64,000 nt of DNA, taken from NCBI GenBank assembly GCA_965205335.1, contig OZ242164.1, positions 352,001 to 416,000 of the forward strand, given 5' to 3'. A model generated the notes under the pieces. It had not been told where the DNA came from and did not search any database. It saw nothing but the letters and a program-made list of their open reading frames with translations. The DNA is from Candidatus Woesearchaeota archaeon (GTDB taxonomy: Archaea > Nanobdellota > Nanobdellia > Woesearchaeales > UBA583). Each line of letters opens with the position of its first letter. Within the stretch, counting starts at the first letter, position 1. The position numbers and the translations under genes were made by a program. Positions 51,001 through 58,474 of the stretch are shown here, in pieces.

Positions 51001-51594
51001 AGATATGTAGAACAAAGGATACCAAGACAAAGAAGAACCACACCAGTTCCAATAATTGTCCTAGTAGCAATAGGAATAATATTAGTTCTTGGAGTTGTAT
51101 ATCAAATCTTCTCCACAGAATCTACTGAGGCATCACCTTTAGAAGGCATAAGCATAGGTATAAATTCACTTGTCTTCTTCTCTTTGGTTGTAGTGTTGGT
51201 ATTAATATTTGTACTTGCCTTTAAGATTATTAAGGAGAACTCATATGAACATCCGAGAAGAAAAATCAAACAATATATGAAACCAAAGCCAAGGCCATCT
51301 CCTACACTCTCCTCTACACTTAGAGCAAGAAGTGGTGCTAAGCACTATTCATCAAAAACAATTCCAATAATATCATTAATGTTGGGTGTATTAATAATAC
51401 TGATACTTGCAATTGGAGTATATATTATTTCCACTGCAAGTTTTAATATGTTTTCCGCTGAAAATATGAACACTATACTGTTCATCTTCTTGATTATAGT
51501 GATGATTGTAATATTTGGAGTAGGATATAAATACAAAGTATTTAGTGAACTCCTATTTGGAAAGAGCAACACTCAAAGAAGCAAACTCTTGTAA
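42007..51594 (+). CDS. Cadherin-repeat surface adhesin (3195 aa) with Ig-like, PGF-pre-PGF, Pro/Thr stalk and 5 TM helices
   Basis: Signal peptide; more than 20 GEDYE-type cadherin units; TSGFSTFAI; C-terminus closely similar to that of 3289..18825. Confidence 0.87.
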   Translation: MEQKKLSQHKVLRATWILFLFVVLAGLASSLAWGQQAPTFNQSEYHFTLDENADGSLFPVNVGRVNATDPENGSVTYSIDLSSINEEVLFEINPSTGIITYIGEGEDYDEGTQEYTLNVVARDNENKIATAEVIVNINNIDEVPVFNQSSYTFSLDENEENVPLGNVDAEDPENEHVEYLIISPNSLFSIETTNGDIRYTGNGENYETKNQYILTIVAYERDNNLSISTANVIINITDVNEAPEFNQSSYTFTLDENLDGSSNPVNVGKVKATDPDADSTLTYSITVGDTNKFNINSSNGEITYIGSGEDHETDNLYTLTVKVSDGKNEVDNRVNININNLNEIPAFSQNAYSFILRENSEGSTIPVDKVTATDPDDTDTITYSILLGDKNKFNISSETGDITYIGEGEDYESDIRGYFLIIKATDNNNATSNAIVNIKIEDDTSDDRILKFDRSKYVFNIDENLNGSSTSVDVGRVTAAGGTGSFTYAIQEGDTDKFAIDSGNGNITYIESGEDYESGDIQYNLLINVSDGENNVTTNVVIDINNLDENPLLFNKETYNFTLSENVNGSGTPVDVGSVTATNYNNDQVKYLSITTDTPFEINPSTGAITYTGSGEDYESVTKHYDLIIAAYRENNSSDVATTNIVINITDLNETPAFNQSSYTFSLDENADGSSTPVDVGSVSATDPETDTVTYYINDDTLFNIDSSTGVITYNGSGEDYESRTKQYSLEITAGDGLSNTTADFTININNIDETPVFKKDSYTFSINENVNASSNPVNIGTVEATDADENDNITYSISVGDTNKFNINSSAGVITYIGEGEDYETFPKNYSLIVSASDGVNRADIIVTVTIADLNDGGFRFESSSYIFSLDENLDGSEDPENVGRISTVNGVSSVTYSITRGNTNDKFSIGSDGIINYTGSGEDYESRTKRYTLTISANDGDKTITTNVVININNLNDEGEFGFEREVYVFFLEENANGVNIGNVSTNDVVVNGFDRYDIVGGDSNKFSIDSLTGAITYNGGGEDYESDTKQYNLQVNASYFNESNERNQVTTTVVVNIKDLDDNSLVFNQSSYTFTFDENLDGSSDPQDVGSVTAEIPISGTANGYLILSHTNLFNVTSGGNVVYIGEGENYESGTIQYDLTIVAYIDEDRSNAATANVVVNINNVNETPFFNQSSYTFTLDENLNGSLNPINVGGVKAADNDTNDVITYSFISGHGDLFNINSSNGEITYIGSGEDYERRTNPQYILTVRASDGINNADTDVDINITDLNEIPAFELKVYSSTLAENRDGSETPVDIRTVTATDPDGREDTITYSILLGDTNKFNISSENGQITYIGDGEDYERDIRNYVLVIKATDNKSSVNAIVKIELTDIQNDNEPLRFGETEYVFNIDENADESETPVSVGTVTAIEGAGSPTYAIHEGDTDKFDIDSRNGLITYIGYGEDYESGTIQYNLKINASDGEDYVIVNVVVDINDLNDNPLTFRQRMYNFNLSENDDGSSTPVDIGSVTATDYNNDQLIYFIISPNTKFVVDSATGDITYTGRGENYESEIKQHNLIIVAYLEDDNTSITSTNVEVNITDLNETPVFNQSSYTFTLDENLDGSSDPQDVGSVSATDPETDTITYSINEGTPFEIDSDGAITYTGSGEDYESETKQHDLKITASDGVRDATVDVTVKINNQDDNVLVFKESSYTFGVNENLNGSSNPVKVGTVEADDADGEDYNVTYSISVGDTNKFNINSSTGVITYIGEGEDYETPPSNYTLIVIGSDTQTTDNTIVTIVIRDVKDQGFRFEELEYAFNIDENVDGSTTPVNIGNAKAIEGSGTPTYSISEGDTNKFRINSRNGNITYIGSGEDHESETKQYNLTIMAKDGTDNATVKVVVNINDLYDNPIVFNQDLYTFTLDENEDGSSTRVDVGTVTATDGDSTSNPLAYTIEEGDISKFFINRQSGVISYIGSGEDYESETIQYNLTVRANDGKNTTTAKVVININNLDDNSLAFNQSSYTFSLDENEDGSSTAVPVDSVNAADIDDSSSTIAYTIKEGDTSKFAINRLSGAISYIGNGEDYESGVTSYELTVKASDWLNEVTANVIVNINNLNESPAFEKNIYTFTLDENLDGSSTPISIGNISATDPEDDSLTYHLVSEQVPFVVNPLNGNIQYIGSGEDHETKDEYNLTVRASDDINNATSNVLVIIFDSNEFSVVFVPNSSYVFTLNENEDGSVTPVFVGNVTATDKDSTSEIQYSIFIGDTNKFNINSSTGEITYIGEGEDYESGTIQYSLTIEASDNGNRGIAEVTINIIEIDGVLEFSDDSYTFTLNENADGSSNPVDVGTVSAGDSDSTEDITYSITKGDTDKFNIDSETGEITYVGDGEDYESGVTQYELTVKASVRTTEVTADVTININNLNDGSEFGFERSSYVFSLDENADGSTNPVNIGTVNAINNNGDITYSISSGDTNKFNINSSSGAITYTGSGEDYESQTKQYTLTVTASDDNDEITTDVTININNLNDVINEPPVARDDEIEIISGDTTSVLSNGKTSVRDNDEDEDNLNSQLTVTLINDASHGNLTLNENGTFTYMHYGNSTTDDSFRYSISDGINGSSATVTISVQEDTSPPTVNITSPANGSSTTDTTPEISFIAMDNTSPEAFKSLKFKVFVDNNTLVREEVGNSNTTISYNLSALSIGSHTFWVEATDPAGNSKNSSNVTININRATTSSSSSGGGGGGSSSGTRLDEGDPEEFRIRSGGSSVDLIEVEANERVNNVKIKAKKLTRLPSSVDETPSGQIYEYIDITASRLDDDEIADATIEFIVDKDWLSDNEFDKEDVVLLRYDEEDDEWEELDTEVIGESAIEVRYSADTSGFSTFAIVAIKKPKTETTQISVVTTQQPTPTKTEPVEKTPEPVETTPEPTPTPTKTTPTSTDTSSFNNLLIIIPLIVVTFVVLIIAVSIIIRKSLSRRSGVKIRKKIRPPVQSPTISLERSRSVPTPMSVQPPKRYVEQRIPRQRRTTPVPIIVLVAIGIILVLGVVYQIFSTESTEASPLEGISIGINSLVFFSLVVVLVLIFVLAFKIIKENSYEHPRRKIKQYMKPKPRPSPTLSSTLRARSGAKHYSSKTIPIISLMLGVLIILILAIGVYIISTASFNMFSAENMNTILFIFLIIVMIVIFGVGYKYKVFSELLFGKSNTQRSKLL

Positions 51595-51770
51595 ATCTTT
51601 GATTGTTGAAATAAATTAAAGGGTGCAATACCCAAATACCTTATTCTTCTTTGATAAAATCATAAACCATCCCAGTATCTATTTAGGAACTAATCTTATC
51701 TTTTAATACAAATTTTTAATTTAATGGAACCAAACAAATAGGGTACTGTAACAAAATAGGTACTTTTTAT

Positions 51771-52199
51771 TTAAAAACAAATATTTAATGAATTATCTAT
51801 TGTATTATATATTAATACTAAACCTTTCAGCATATCTCTTCCTAATAAGCCATGTATATTTTGATTTTTTGATTTAGTACCTGTAAATGATCTCTCATAA
51901 CTAAGATTTAATTCTGGAACAATAACTCTTAAATGATAAACATTAGCTTCATATGATTCACAAGATGGTGTTGAAATTTTTTGTTTTCTGATAGGTTTAA
52001 GTCCTAATTTTTTTGGAATTTCTTCATCAATGCAACTATGACTTGCTCCTGTGTCTACAAGAATGGGTAGGGGACCAATTGGTTCTTTTTTTCTTCCTTT
52101 TGATGTAATCTTTTCTAAATTTAAAGGAACTGCAAATAAAATATTAATTAATGGTCCTGAATCAGTAATGTTAGGATATTTTACATTAAGAGTAGCCAC
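51771..52199 (-). CDS. Retropepsin-like (clan AA) aspartyl protease
   Basis: ILVDTGASHSCI and HGLLGRDML motifs. Confidence 0.85.
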   Translation of the reverse strand: MATLNVKYPNITDSGPLINILFAVPLNLEKITSKGRKKEPIGPLPILVDTGASHSCIDEEIPKKLGLKPIRKQKISTPSCESYEANVYHLRVIVPELNLSYERSFTGTKSKNQNIHGLLGRDMLKGLVLIYNTIDNSLNICF

Positions 52200-52200
52200 T

Positions 52201-52440
52201 TTAATTAAGAATTAGTAAATCATTAGCATAATTATATTTTTCCTCTATGATTTCAATTTTCTTTACTAAAAACTCTTCTTCTCCAAATTTTTCATATCCT
52301 GAATTTACAGCGTCAAGTTCAGTATCATAACTTCCAATAATATCATTACCTTTAATTAAAACAAATTTTCCTTTATCACTTTTCAAAAGCTCTTCTTTAT
52401 TTTTTTCAAAAGTTTCTGTCTCTTTATCAAGATATTTCAT
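52201..52440 (-). CDS. Small DUF5678-like protein paired with the aspartyl protease
   Basis: ELLKSDKGKFVLIKGNDIIGSYDTELDAV..GYEKFG pattern; 1-nt spacing to the protease. Confidence 0.6.
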   Translation of the reverse strand: MKYLDKETETFEKNKEELLKSDKGKFVLIKGNDIIGSYDTELDAVNSGYEKFGEEEFLVKKIEIIEEKYNYANDLLILN

Positions 52441-52545
52441 AACATTATTAAAACTTACTCATTTATTGAGTTGTTAAGTTAGAGGGGTATAAATTAGTGA
52501 ACTTATAGAAAAATTTATAAAAAAAGTAAATGTCCATATATAATT

Positions 52546-53685
52546 ATGGAGACAGATTCTGAAAACAGAGTTTTAACATTATCAAATATGATAGTTAAAC
52601 AATTAGAAAGGGTAGTTGAGGGACAAGAATCCCCTAAGGAAGTTTATACTTATGCGGACTATATATGGTTGGATGGCTCCAACCCACAGCAACTGAGATC
52701 TAAAATTAGGATTTTAAATCGTCTGAACTCTCCTAAGTTGGAGGATTTTCCTGTTTGGAGTTTTGATGGTTCCAGTACGGGACAGGCTAAAGGGAGTGAC
52801 TCCGATTGTGAAATAAGACCAGTCTATGTGGTGAGAGATCCTTTAAGAGGGCAGGGGAACTATCTGGTGTTATGCGAAGTTTTTCATTTGGATGGAAGGC
52901 CTCATGAGACTAACACAAGACGAGAGCTCTATCGGATGATGAAAGAGCAGGGGGGCGATGATTTTGAAGTGTATATAGGCTTTGAACAAGAGTACACTCT
53001 TGTAAACCAGAAAGGCACTCCTTTAGGTTTTCCTGAATCAGGCTATCCATCTCCACAGGGTCCCTACTACTGTGGTGTGGGAGCTTCCAAGGCTTTTGGA
53101 AGACAGATCATAGAAGAACATTTGCGGCTTTGTGTGGAAGCGGGACTGAGTATATATGGAATTAATGGAGAGGTGATGCCAGGACAGTGGGAATTTCAGA
53201 TTGGGTATCGGGGAGATAAGGAGGGCGCTGATCCTTTGAGTGTTTCGGATCAACTTTGGGTAGCTCGTTATCTCTTAGAAAGATTAGCAGAAAACTACAA
53301 AGTAGACGTGAGTTATTCCAACAAGCCTGTTAAGGGGGACTGGAATGGAGCAGGCATGCACACCAATTTCTCCACTAAGTTCATGAGGGACTCGCAGGAA
53401 GGGTCGCAGGCCGTTCAGAAGGCCATTGAGACTTTGAAGGCTCGTCATGATATTCATATTCAAGATTACGGTCAGGGTTTAGGTGAGAGGCTAACAGGGG
53501 TTCATGAAACTTGTTCCATTGATACTTTCACGAGTGGGGTCTCTGATAGGGGAGCTTCTGTGCGTATTCCTCCCAAGACCTCTCAGAAGGGCTATGGCTA
53601 CATCGAAGATCGCCGACCGGGTGCTAATGCGGATCCCTACAAGATATCTATTTGTCTTGTGGGGAGTATTTGCGGTCTGGCTTAA
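52546..53685 (+). CDS. glnII: Glutamine synthetase, type II (GSII)
   Basis: YIWLDG, LRSK, FDGSST, GFEQEY, QGPYYCGVG, EVMPGQWEFQIG, DWNGAGMHTNFST, YIEDRRPGANADPY; 379-aa length fits GSII. Confidence 0.9.
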   Translation: METDSENRVLTLSNMIVKQLERVVEGQESPKEVYTYADYIWLDGSNPQQLRSKIRILNRLNSPKLEDFPVWSFDGSSTGQAKGSDSDCEIRPVYVVRDPLRGQGNYLVLCEVFHLDGRPHETNTRRELYRMMKEQGGDDFEVYIGFEQEYTLVNQKGTPLGFPESGYPSPQGPYYCGVGASKAFGRQIIEEHLRLCVEAGLSIYGINGEVMPGQWEFQIGYRGDKEGADPLSVSDQLWVARYLLERLAENYKVDVSYSNKPVKGDWNGAGMHTNFSTKFMRDSQEGSQAVQKAIETLKARHDIHIQDYGQGLGERLTGVHETCSIDTFTSGVSDRGASVRIPPKTSQKGYGYIEDRRPGANADPYKISICLVGSICGLA

Positions 53686-53724
53686 AGGAAAACTCTTCCC
53701 ACTGTTGGACACTCACAAATTTGT

Positions 53725-53816
53725 GTAGAAATTTATACATTCTATTAAACTATTGAGTGTTGCAGGTGGAGCTTGGTTAAATCTACAACAGTAGAAATTT
53801 ATATATTCTATTAAAC
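53725..53816 (-). CRISPR. Orphan type V-A (Cas12a)-like mini array: full repeat, 30-nt spacer, 3'-truncated repeat
   Basis: Minus-strand repeat GTTTAATAGAATATATAAATTTCTACTGTTGTAGAT (53816-53781) ends in the Cas12a handle AATTTCTACTGTTGTAGAT; spacer 53780-53751; second copy 53750-53725 matches 25/26 nt; 66-nt period. Confidence 0.85.
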
Positions 53817-54027
53817 AAAGGTTCTGTTAACTTTTAGAGTGATAGAGATAAAAGAAACGAGAGATATTCCAAAAATTTAGAGTTCTCAGTATGTTTTCAA
53901 AATGAACTGATTTTGAAACAACCATATTTATAACTGATGATTTACCTCGCATAAAACCCCTAACAGGAAAAACTTAATTTTATAAAAGCAAAGAATTTAG
54001 TTCTAATTGAGTTAATTATTCTTTAAA

Positions 54028-55437
54028 ATGGTTTTAGAAAAATTAGGAAGTTCTCTTAGAGGAGCACTTGACAAAGTTAGAAACTCTTTAACAGTTGATA
54101 GAGAATTAGTTGGAAATATTGTAAAAGAAATCCAGAAATCTCTCTTAGGAGCAGATGTTAATGTTAAACTTGTTTTGGATTTAACTAAGAAAATTCGTAG
54201 CAGGGCAATTTCTGAGGACAACAAAGCGCTTGATAAAAGAGAACACCTTATTACAATTATTTACGAAGAACTTTCCGCATTCTTAGGAGATGGTGAGGAA
54301 TTTGAATTACAACCAAAGCAGAATAGAATTCTATTAGTTGGTTTATACGGACAGGGTAAAACAACCACTTGCGCCAAATTAGGAGTTTACTTTAAAAAAC
54401 GTTCATCAAAAGTTGCCCTTATCTCAACAGACACTTGGAGACCCGCTGCGTATGAACAGTTAAAACAATTAGGTGAAAACGCTAATGTAGATGTCTATGG
54501 AGATCCAAGCATAAAAGATCCAATTAAAATATACAAGAAATTTGAAAAAGACTTTTCTAAATATGATATTGTCATAATTGATAGCGCGGGGCGTGATAGT
54601 TTAAACGAAGAATTAGTTGATGAAATTTCAGATTTAAACTCCTTTGTCAAACCAACTGATACTTTTATGGTTTTAGGAGCTGATGTTGGACAGACTGCTC
54701 AAAAGCAGACCCAAGCATTTAAAGAAAATCTTGATATTACTGGAGTTATAATCACGAAAATGGACGGAACTGGAAAAGGAGGGGGTGCTCTCTGTGCTTG
54801 TAGCGCCTGCTCTGCTCCTGTTAGATTCATTGGTGTTGGTGAGAAAATAACTGACTTAGAACGTTTCAACTCTTCAAGATTTGTATCACAACTCTTAGGA
54901 ATGGGAGATATTAAATCCCTCTTAGAAAAAGCAAAACTTGCAATTGATGAAGAATCAGCCAAGGATATGGGAGAGAAAATGATGTCTGGCGAGTTTGACT
55001 TAAATGATTTGTATGAGCAACTCAAAGCAATGAAAAAGATGGGTTCTATGAGTAAACTCTTAAACATGATTCCAGGCGTTAGCGGTTTGGGAATAGACAA
55101 ATCCTCTTTAAATGTTCAGGAGGAAAAATTACAGAAATGGAAATTCATAATGAACTCAATGACACCTCACGAAAAGAAAAATCCTTATGAAATTGACATA
55201 TCAAGAATTAAAAGAATTGCAAAAGGCAGTGGGAGTTCTATAACTAATGTTAGAGATTTATTAAAACATTTTAAGCAAACCAAAAAAATGATGGGAATGT
55301 TCAAAGACCCTAATGCAATAGGAAATATTGACGAAAAGACAATGGGAGACCCTAAAGAGATGATGAAAATGATGAAGAAATTTGGAGGGAACAAAGCAGT
55401 AAAGCAAATGGTGAAACAACAAAAGAAAATGCGATAA
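54028..55437 (+). CDS. srp54: Signal recognition particle protein SRP54
   Basis: ADVNVKLV, GLYGQGKTTT, DTWRPAAYEQL, DSAGR, TKMDGTGKGGG, Met-rich M domain. Confidence 0.96.
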   Translation: MVLEKLGSSLRGALDKVRNSLTVDRELVGNIVKEIQKSLLGADVNVKLVLDLTKKIRSRAISEDNKALDKREHLITIIYEELSAFLGDGEEFELQPKQNRILLVGLYGQGKTTTCAKLGVYFKKRSSKVALISTDTWRPAAYEQLKQLGENANVDVYGDPSIKDPIKIYKKFEKDFSKYDIVIIDSAGRDSLNEELVDEISDLNSFVKPTDTFMVLGADVGQTAQKQTQAFKENLDITGVIITKMDGTGKGGGALCACSACSAPVRFIGVGEKITDLERFNSSRFVSQLLGMGDIKSLLEKAKLAIDEESAKDMGEKMMSGEFDLNDLYEQLKAMKKMGSMSKLLNMIPGVSGLGIDKSSLNVQEEKLQKWKFIMNSMTPHEKKNPYEIDISRIKRIAKGSGSSITNVRDLLKHFKQTKKMMGMFKDPNAIGNIDEKTMGDPKEMMKMMKKFGGNKAVKQMVKQQKKMR

Positions 55438-55464
55438 CTCTAAATTCACATTTTAGATTTTAAT

Positions 55465-56184
55465 TCATTTCTTCCATACATCCTTTATATTCACAACAGG
55501 AAACCCAAACCTTAATATATCATCCTGACCTATTCTTGGACATGCCGTATTTACCCAGCATTCAATATAAGGAAAATTCTCCATTTCATAATCAATAAAA
55601 TTATCCCCTATAAAATAATAGAAATTCTTCTGGGGATACTGCTCTTTTAATTTCATTGAAGTATCCTTATACTCCTGCCCCCATTTCGTTGTAACAAAGA
55701 CCCCAATATTTTTTGACATATGAAACTTCATTAAATTCCCTTTCTTTTTTTTAAGATATTTTTCAATATGTTTCTTATCAATAACTTCAACAGTTCCGCT
55801 AACAACATTCATTAAAACAACAGGTTTTATTTCCTTCTCATATTCCTGAGCCAGAAGAAGAGCATTTGGGTGAAAATATCCATCACCAACATACACAAAC
55901 CCATCAATTTCATCTAAATTTAATTTCAGTGAATCCTTATATGAATCGCAACCAAGCATCTGCCCTTCAAGACTTGTTCTAAATGGCTTGGAAATTTGGG
56001 ACTTAAAACCCTCTTTCTTTAACAATTCTCTAACCTCATCCAAATTCTCCCTAAACTGAACCGCACTAAAAACTGCAAGATTTTTATTCTTCCCTTTATC
56101 AAAAGTACTATGCAAAACACCTATAAAATCCTTTGGAATATTAAACTCAATTCCATATTTAGCCTGCAAAAATTTTAGTTTCAT
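55465..56184 (-). CDS. dph2: Diphthamide biosynthesis Dph2, C-terminal two domains
   Basis: GQMLGCD, YVGDGYFH, WVNTACPRIGQDD. Confidence 0.85.
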   Translation of the reverse strand: MKLKFLQAKYGIEFNIPKDFIGVLHSTFDKGKNKNLAVFSAVQFRENLDEVRELLKKEGFKSQISKPFRTSLEGQMLGCDSYKDSLKLNLDEIDGFVYVGDGYFHPNALLLAQEYEKEIKPVVLMNVVSGTVEVIDKKHIEKYLKKKKGNLMKFHMSKNIGVFVTTKWGQEYKDTSMKLKEQYPQKNFYYFIGDNFIDYEMENFPYIECWVNTACPRIGQDDILRFGFPVVNIKDVWKK

Positions 56185-56188
56185 TTTT

Positions 56189-56718
56189 TATTTTTTAGTT
56201 TTCTTGGAATTCCTCCACTTCTTTATACTCTCATGTAATTCTTTGAACTTCTCCTCAGAATCTTCAATTTCTTGAAATCACTTTCTCCTTCTCTAAATAG
56301 ATAATATCCCAATTTTAATCATATTGTGAACCAACACCAATTGCACCAACAAATAAAAAAATATACTCAGAAAATTTACCAACTTTACCTATAATATCTG
56401 ACCACATTTGGTATTAGAACCTAATAGAAAAGCAATAAACAAAAAAGTAAAACTAAGGTAAAACCATTTCACAAGTTCAAAATACTTTCTGGGATTCTTA
56501 GTATAATAATTTTTGCTTAATGAAAGTGTTATTATCAAAACAGAAATATTTAATGTTAATATTCCAATAAAGAAAGTTGTATCGGTAAACCCTTTATATA
56601 AAAAAACTGAATATAGTGCATAAGATATACCATAAACAAGAAACATTGTCTTTGAAAGAACTAAAAAAAGCAATAGTAAAAAAAAAATTACAATATAAGT
56701 ATATACTTCTTCTACCAC
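56189..56718 (-). pseudogene. Membrane protein gene, probably disrupted (ORF 56389..56718 plus hydrophobic continuation after TAG and a frameshifted tail)
   Basis: After the TAG the frame continues VKLVNFLSIFFYLLVQLVLVHNMIKIGIIYLEKEK; another frame gives QEIEDSEEKFKELHESIKKWRNSKKTKK*. Confidence 0.5.
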
Positions 56719-56999
56719 ATTTCTTTCCTCTTAATATATACACTATGCCCCCACTGAACACATAAATCAAACCCTAAATCCTTTAAATGCAATGGAACAT
56801 CACATGCCCCAAAACAAGCCCCGAAATAAATAAAAAACTCTGCATCCGTCTTTTCCCTTAAAACATCCACAACCTCTTTTGAATAATACTTAAGCCCGTC
56901 AGGAAACTGAAGCAAAACCAATTTATTCCCATCCTTGTTAATACCATCAATTAACTTATCAAGTTCCAAATCATAAAACTCAGAATACTTCTCACTCAT
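56712..56999 (-). CDS. dph2: Diphthamide biosynthesis Dph2, N-terminal domain as a separate ORF
   Basis: YDLELDK, VLLQFPDGLK, GACFGACDV, VQWGHS. Confidence 0.85.
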   Translation of the reverse strand: MSEKYSEFYDLELDKLIDGINKDGNKLVLLQFPDGLKYYSKEVVDVLREKTDAEFFIYFGACFGACDVPLHLKDLGFDLCVQWGHSVYIKRKEMW

Positions 57000-57049
57000 A
57001 AACTTAGCAATTAAGTAAAATTTAAATACTTAGTCATTTTGGCATTTCT

Positions 57050-57562
57050 ATGGAAAAACCATTTATGAAAGTTAAAAAATTAAGAGAAGGTGCTAAAATC
57101 CCAACAAAAAGAGAAGAAGATGCAGCATACGACATATATGGAATCTTTGAAGAAAATTTTAAAATTTTAATGCAAGGAGAAGTTAGTTTAATACCAACAG
57201 GCATTGCAGTTGAAATCCCTAAAAACTGGGTTCTGTACTTTGCTGAGCGTGGAAGTACAGGTTCAAAAGGTATCGCAAAAAGATGCGGGGTTATAGATTC
57301 TGGATACAGAGGTGAAGTTTTCGTTGCAATAAATAACACTTCAGATAAACCTGTAATTTTTGCTAAATCCAATGACACGCAACTTGATGACTTCCTATCC
57401 AATAAAAATATGCTAAAAAAAGATGTTACAATTTATCCCCAGTCAAAAGGAATCGCTCAGGCAATGCTTCTTTACACTCCCCACATTGAACCTGAAGTTG
57501 TTTCAGAACTTGACGAAACATCTAAAAGAAGAGATGGTGCTCTGGGAAGTTCAGGAAAATAA
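57050..57562 (+). CDS. dut: Trimeric dUTPase
   Basis: AAYDI, IPTGI, ERGSTG, GVIDSGYRGE, IAQA, RRDGALGSSG. Confidence 0.92.
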   Translation: MEKPFMKVKKLREGAKIPTKREEDAAYDIYGIFEENFKILMQGEVSLIPTGIAVEIPKNWVLYFAERGSTGSKGIAKRCGVIDSGYRGEVFVAINNTSDKPVIFAKSNDTQLDDFLSNKNMLKKDVTIYPQSKGIAQAMLLYTPHIEPEVVSELDETSKRRDGALGSSGK

Positions 57563-57564
57563 TA

Positions 57565-58101
57565 CTACATCCTCATATCACTTGGCTTAATCTGAGATAA
57601 AAGTAGTTTCAGATTATTCATAAATATTTCAATTTTCTCTATTTTCATAATTAATTCTCTACTATTAGAATTTAACTCTATTTTAGATGTTCGGCTGTTT
57701 AATTCCTCAAGTAAATATTTCATTTCAATTGAATTACCAAACTCATTATTTTTTACTTGCAAATCATCAATTAAAGCAGATAGGGATCTAGTCAAATCTG
57801 AAAATGTTTCAATCATTTCTGAAATCTTTGTATCTAATTTATCAGTTCTATGCAATACATTATTTAAAGTTGTCTTATTTAAATCCTTTATTTCAGAAAG
57901 CTCCTGAATTATCAAATCTCTTTCTTTCTTTGATTCATTTGAAATAGTAAGAATAATTTTGTCTATAAAATCAGAATCTTCCCTGTGATTTCTCAAAACT
58001 TCTTTAGATACATTATCAGAATTTTTTTCCTGCAACTCCTTATTTTCTTCTCTCAAACTCTCTAACTTCTCCTTTGAGACAAGAGTATATTCATCATCCA
58101 T
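57565..58101 (-). CDS. Hypothetical coiled-coil protein
   Basis: 178-aa ORF with heptad-like Leu/Glu/Lys/Ser composition. Confidence 0.65.
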   Translation of the reverse strand: MDDEYTLVSKEKLESLREENKELQEKNSDNVSKEVLRNHREDSDFIDKIILTISNESKKERDLIIQELSEIKDLNKTTLNNVLHRTDKLDTKISEMIETFSDLTRSLSALIDDLQVKNNEFGNSIEMKYLLEELNSRTSKIELNSNSRELIMKIEKIEIFMNNLKLLLSQIKPSDMRM

Positions 58102-58151
58102 AAATTATATAAATATAGCTCCTTAAAATTTATTTATAACTACTATTAGGT

Positions 58152-58406
58152 TTGAAAATGGACTTTGATTTAATTATGACTGGACTTGGAATTTTAGGAG
58201 TAATTATGCTTGGGGTTGATATTTTACTTGAGGTTTTAAACAAACTAAATAGAAATCATAAAACATTCACAAAGATTTATGTCATTGCAAATCTCTTATT
58301 ATTTATATATTCACTTTACTTTAAGATATGGCTATTTGTTGTACTAAACGGATTTCTATTAGGAATTGGGATATACTTATATTATGTAAGCCATTTTAGA
58401 AAATAA
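58152..58406 (+). CDS. Small 3-TM membrane protein
   Basis: Three hydrophobic segments; TATA-like tttataa upstream. Confidence 0.65.
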   Translation: MKMDFDLIMTGLGILGVIMLGVDILLEVLNKLNRNHKTFTKIYVIANLLLFIYSLYFKIWLFVVLNGFLLGIGIYLYYVSHFRK

Positions 58407-58474
58407 TTAGAGAATTAATTCTATATATAATAACCTGGGCTTAAATTTATATAACAACACTCATTCCATTCATT

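Noticed and set aside
53820-53836. IS6-like end GGTTCTGTTAAC beside the CRISPR repeat
   Set aside because: No matching partner end or TSD found; may simply be leader sequence.
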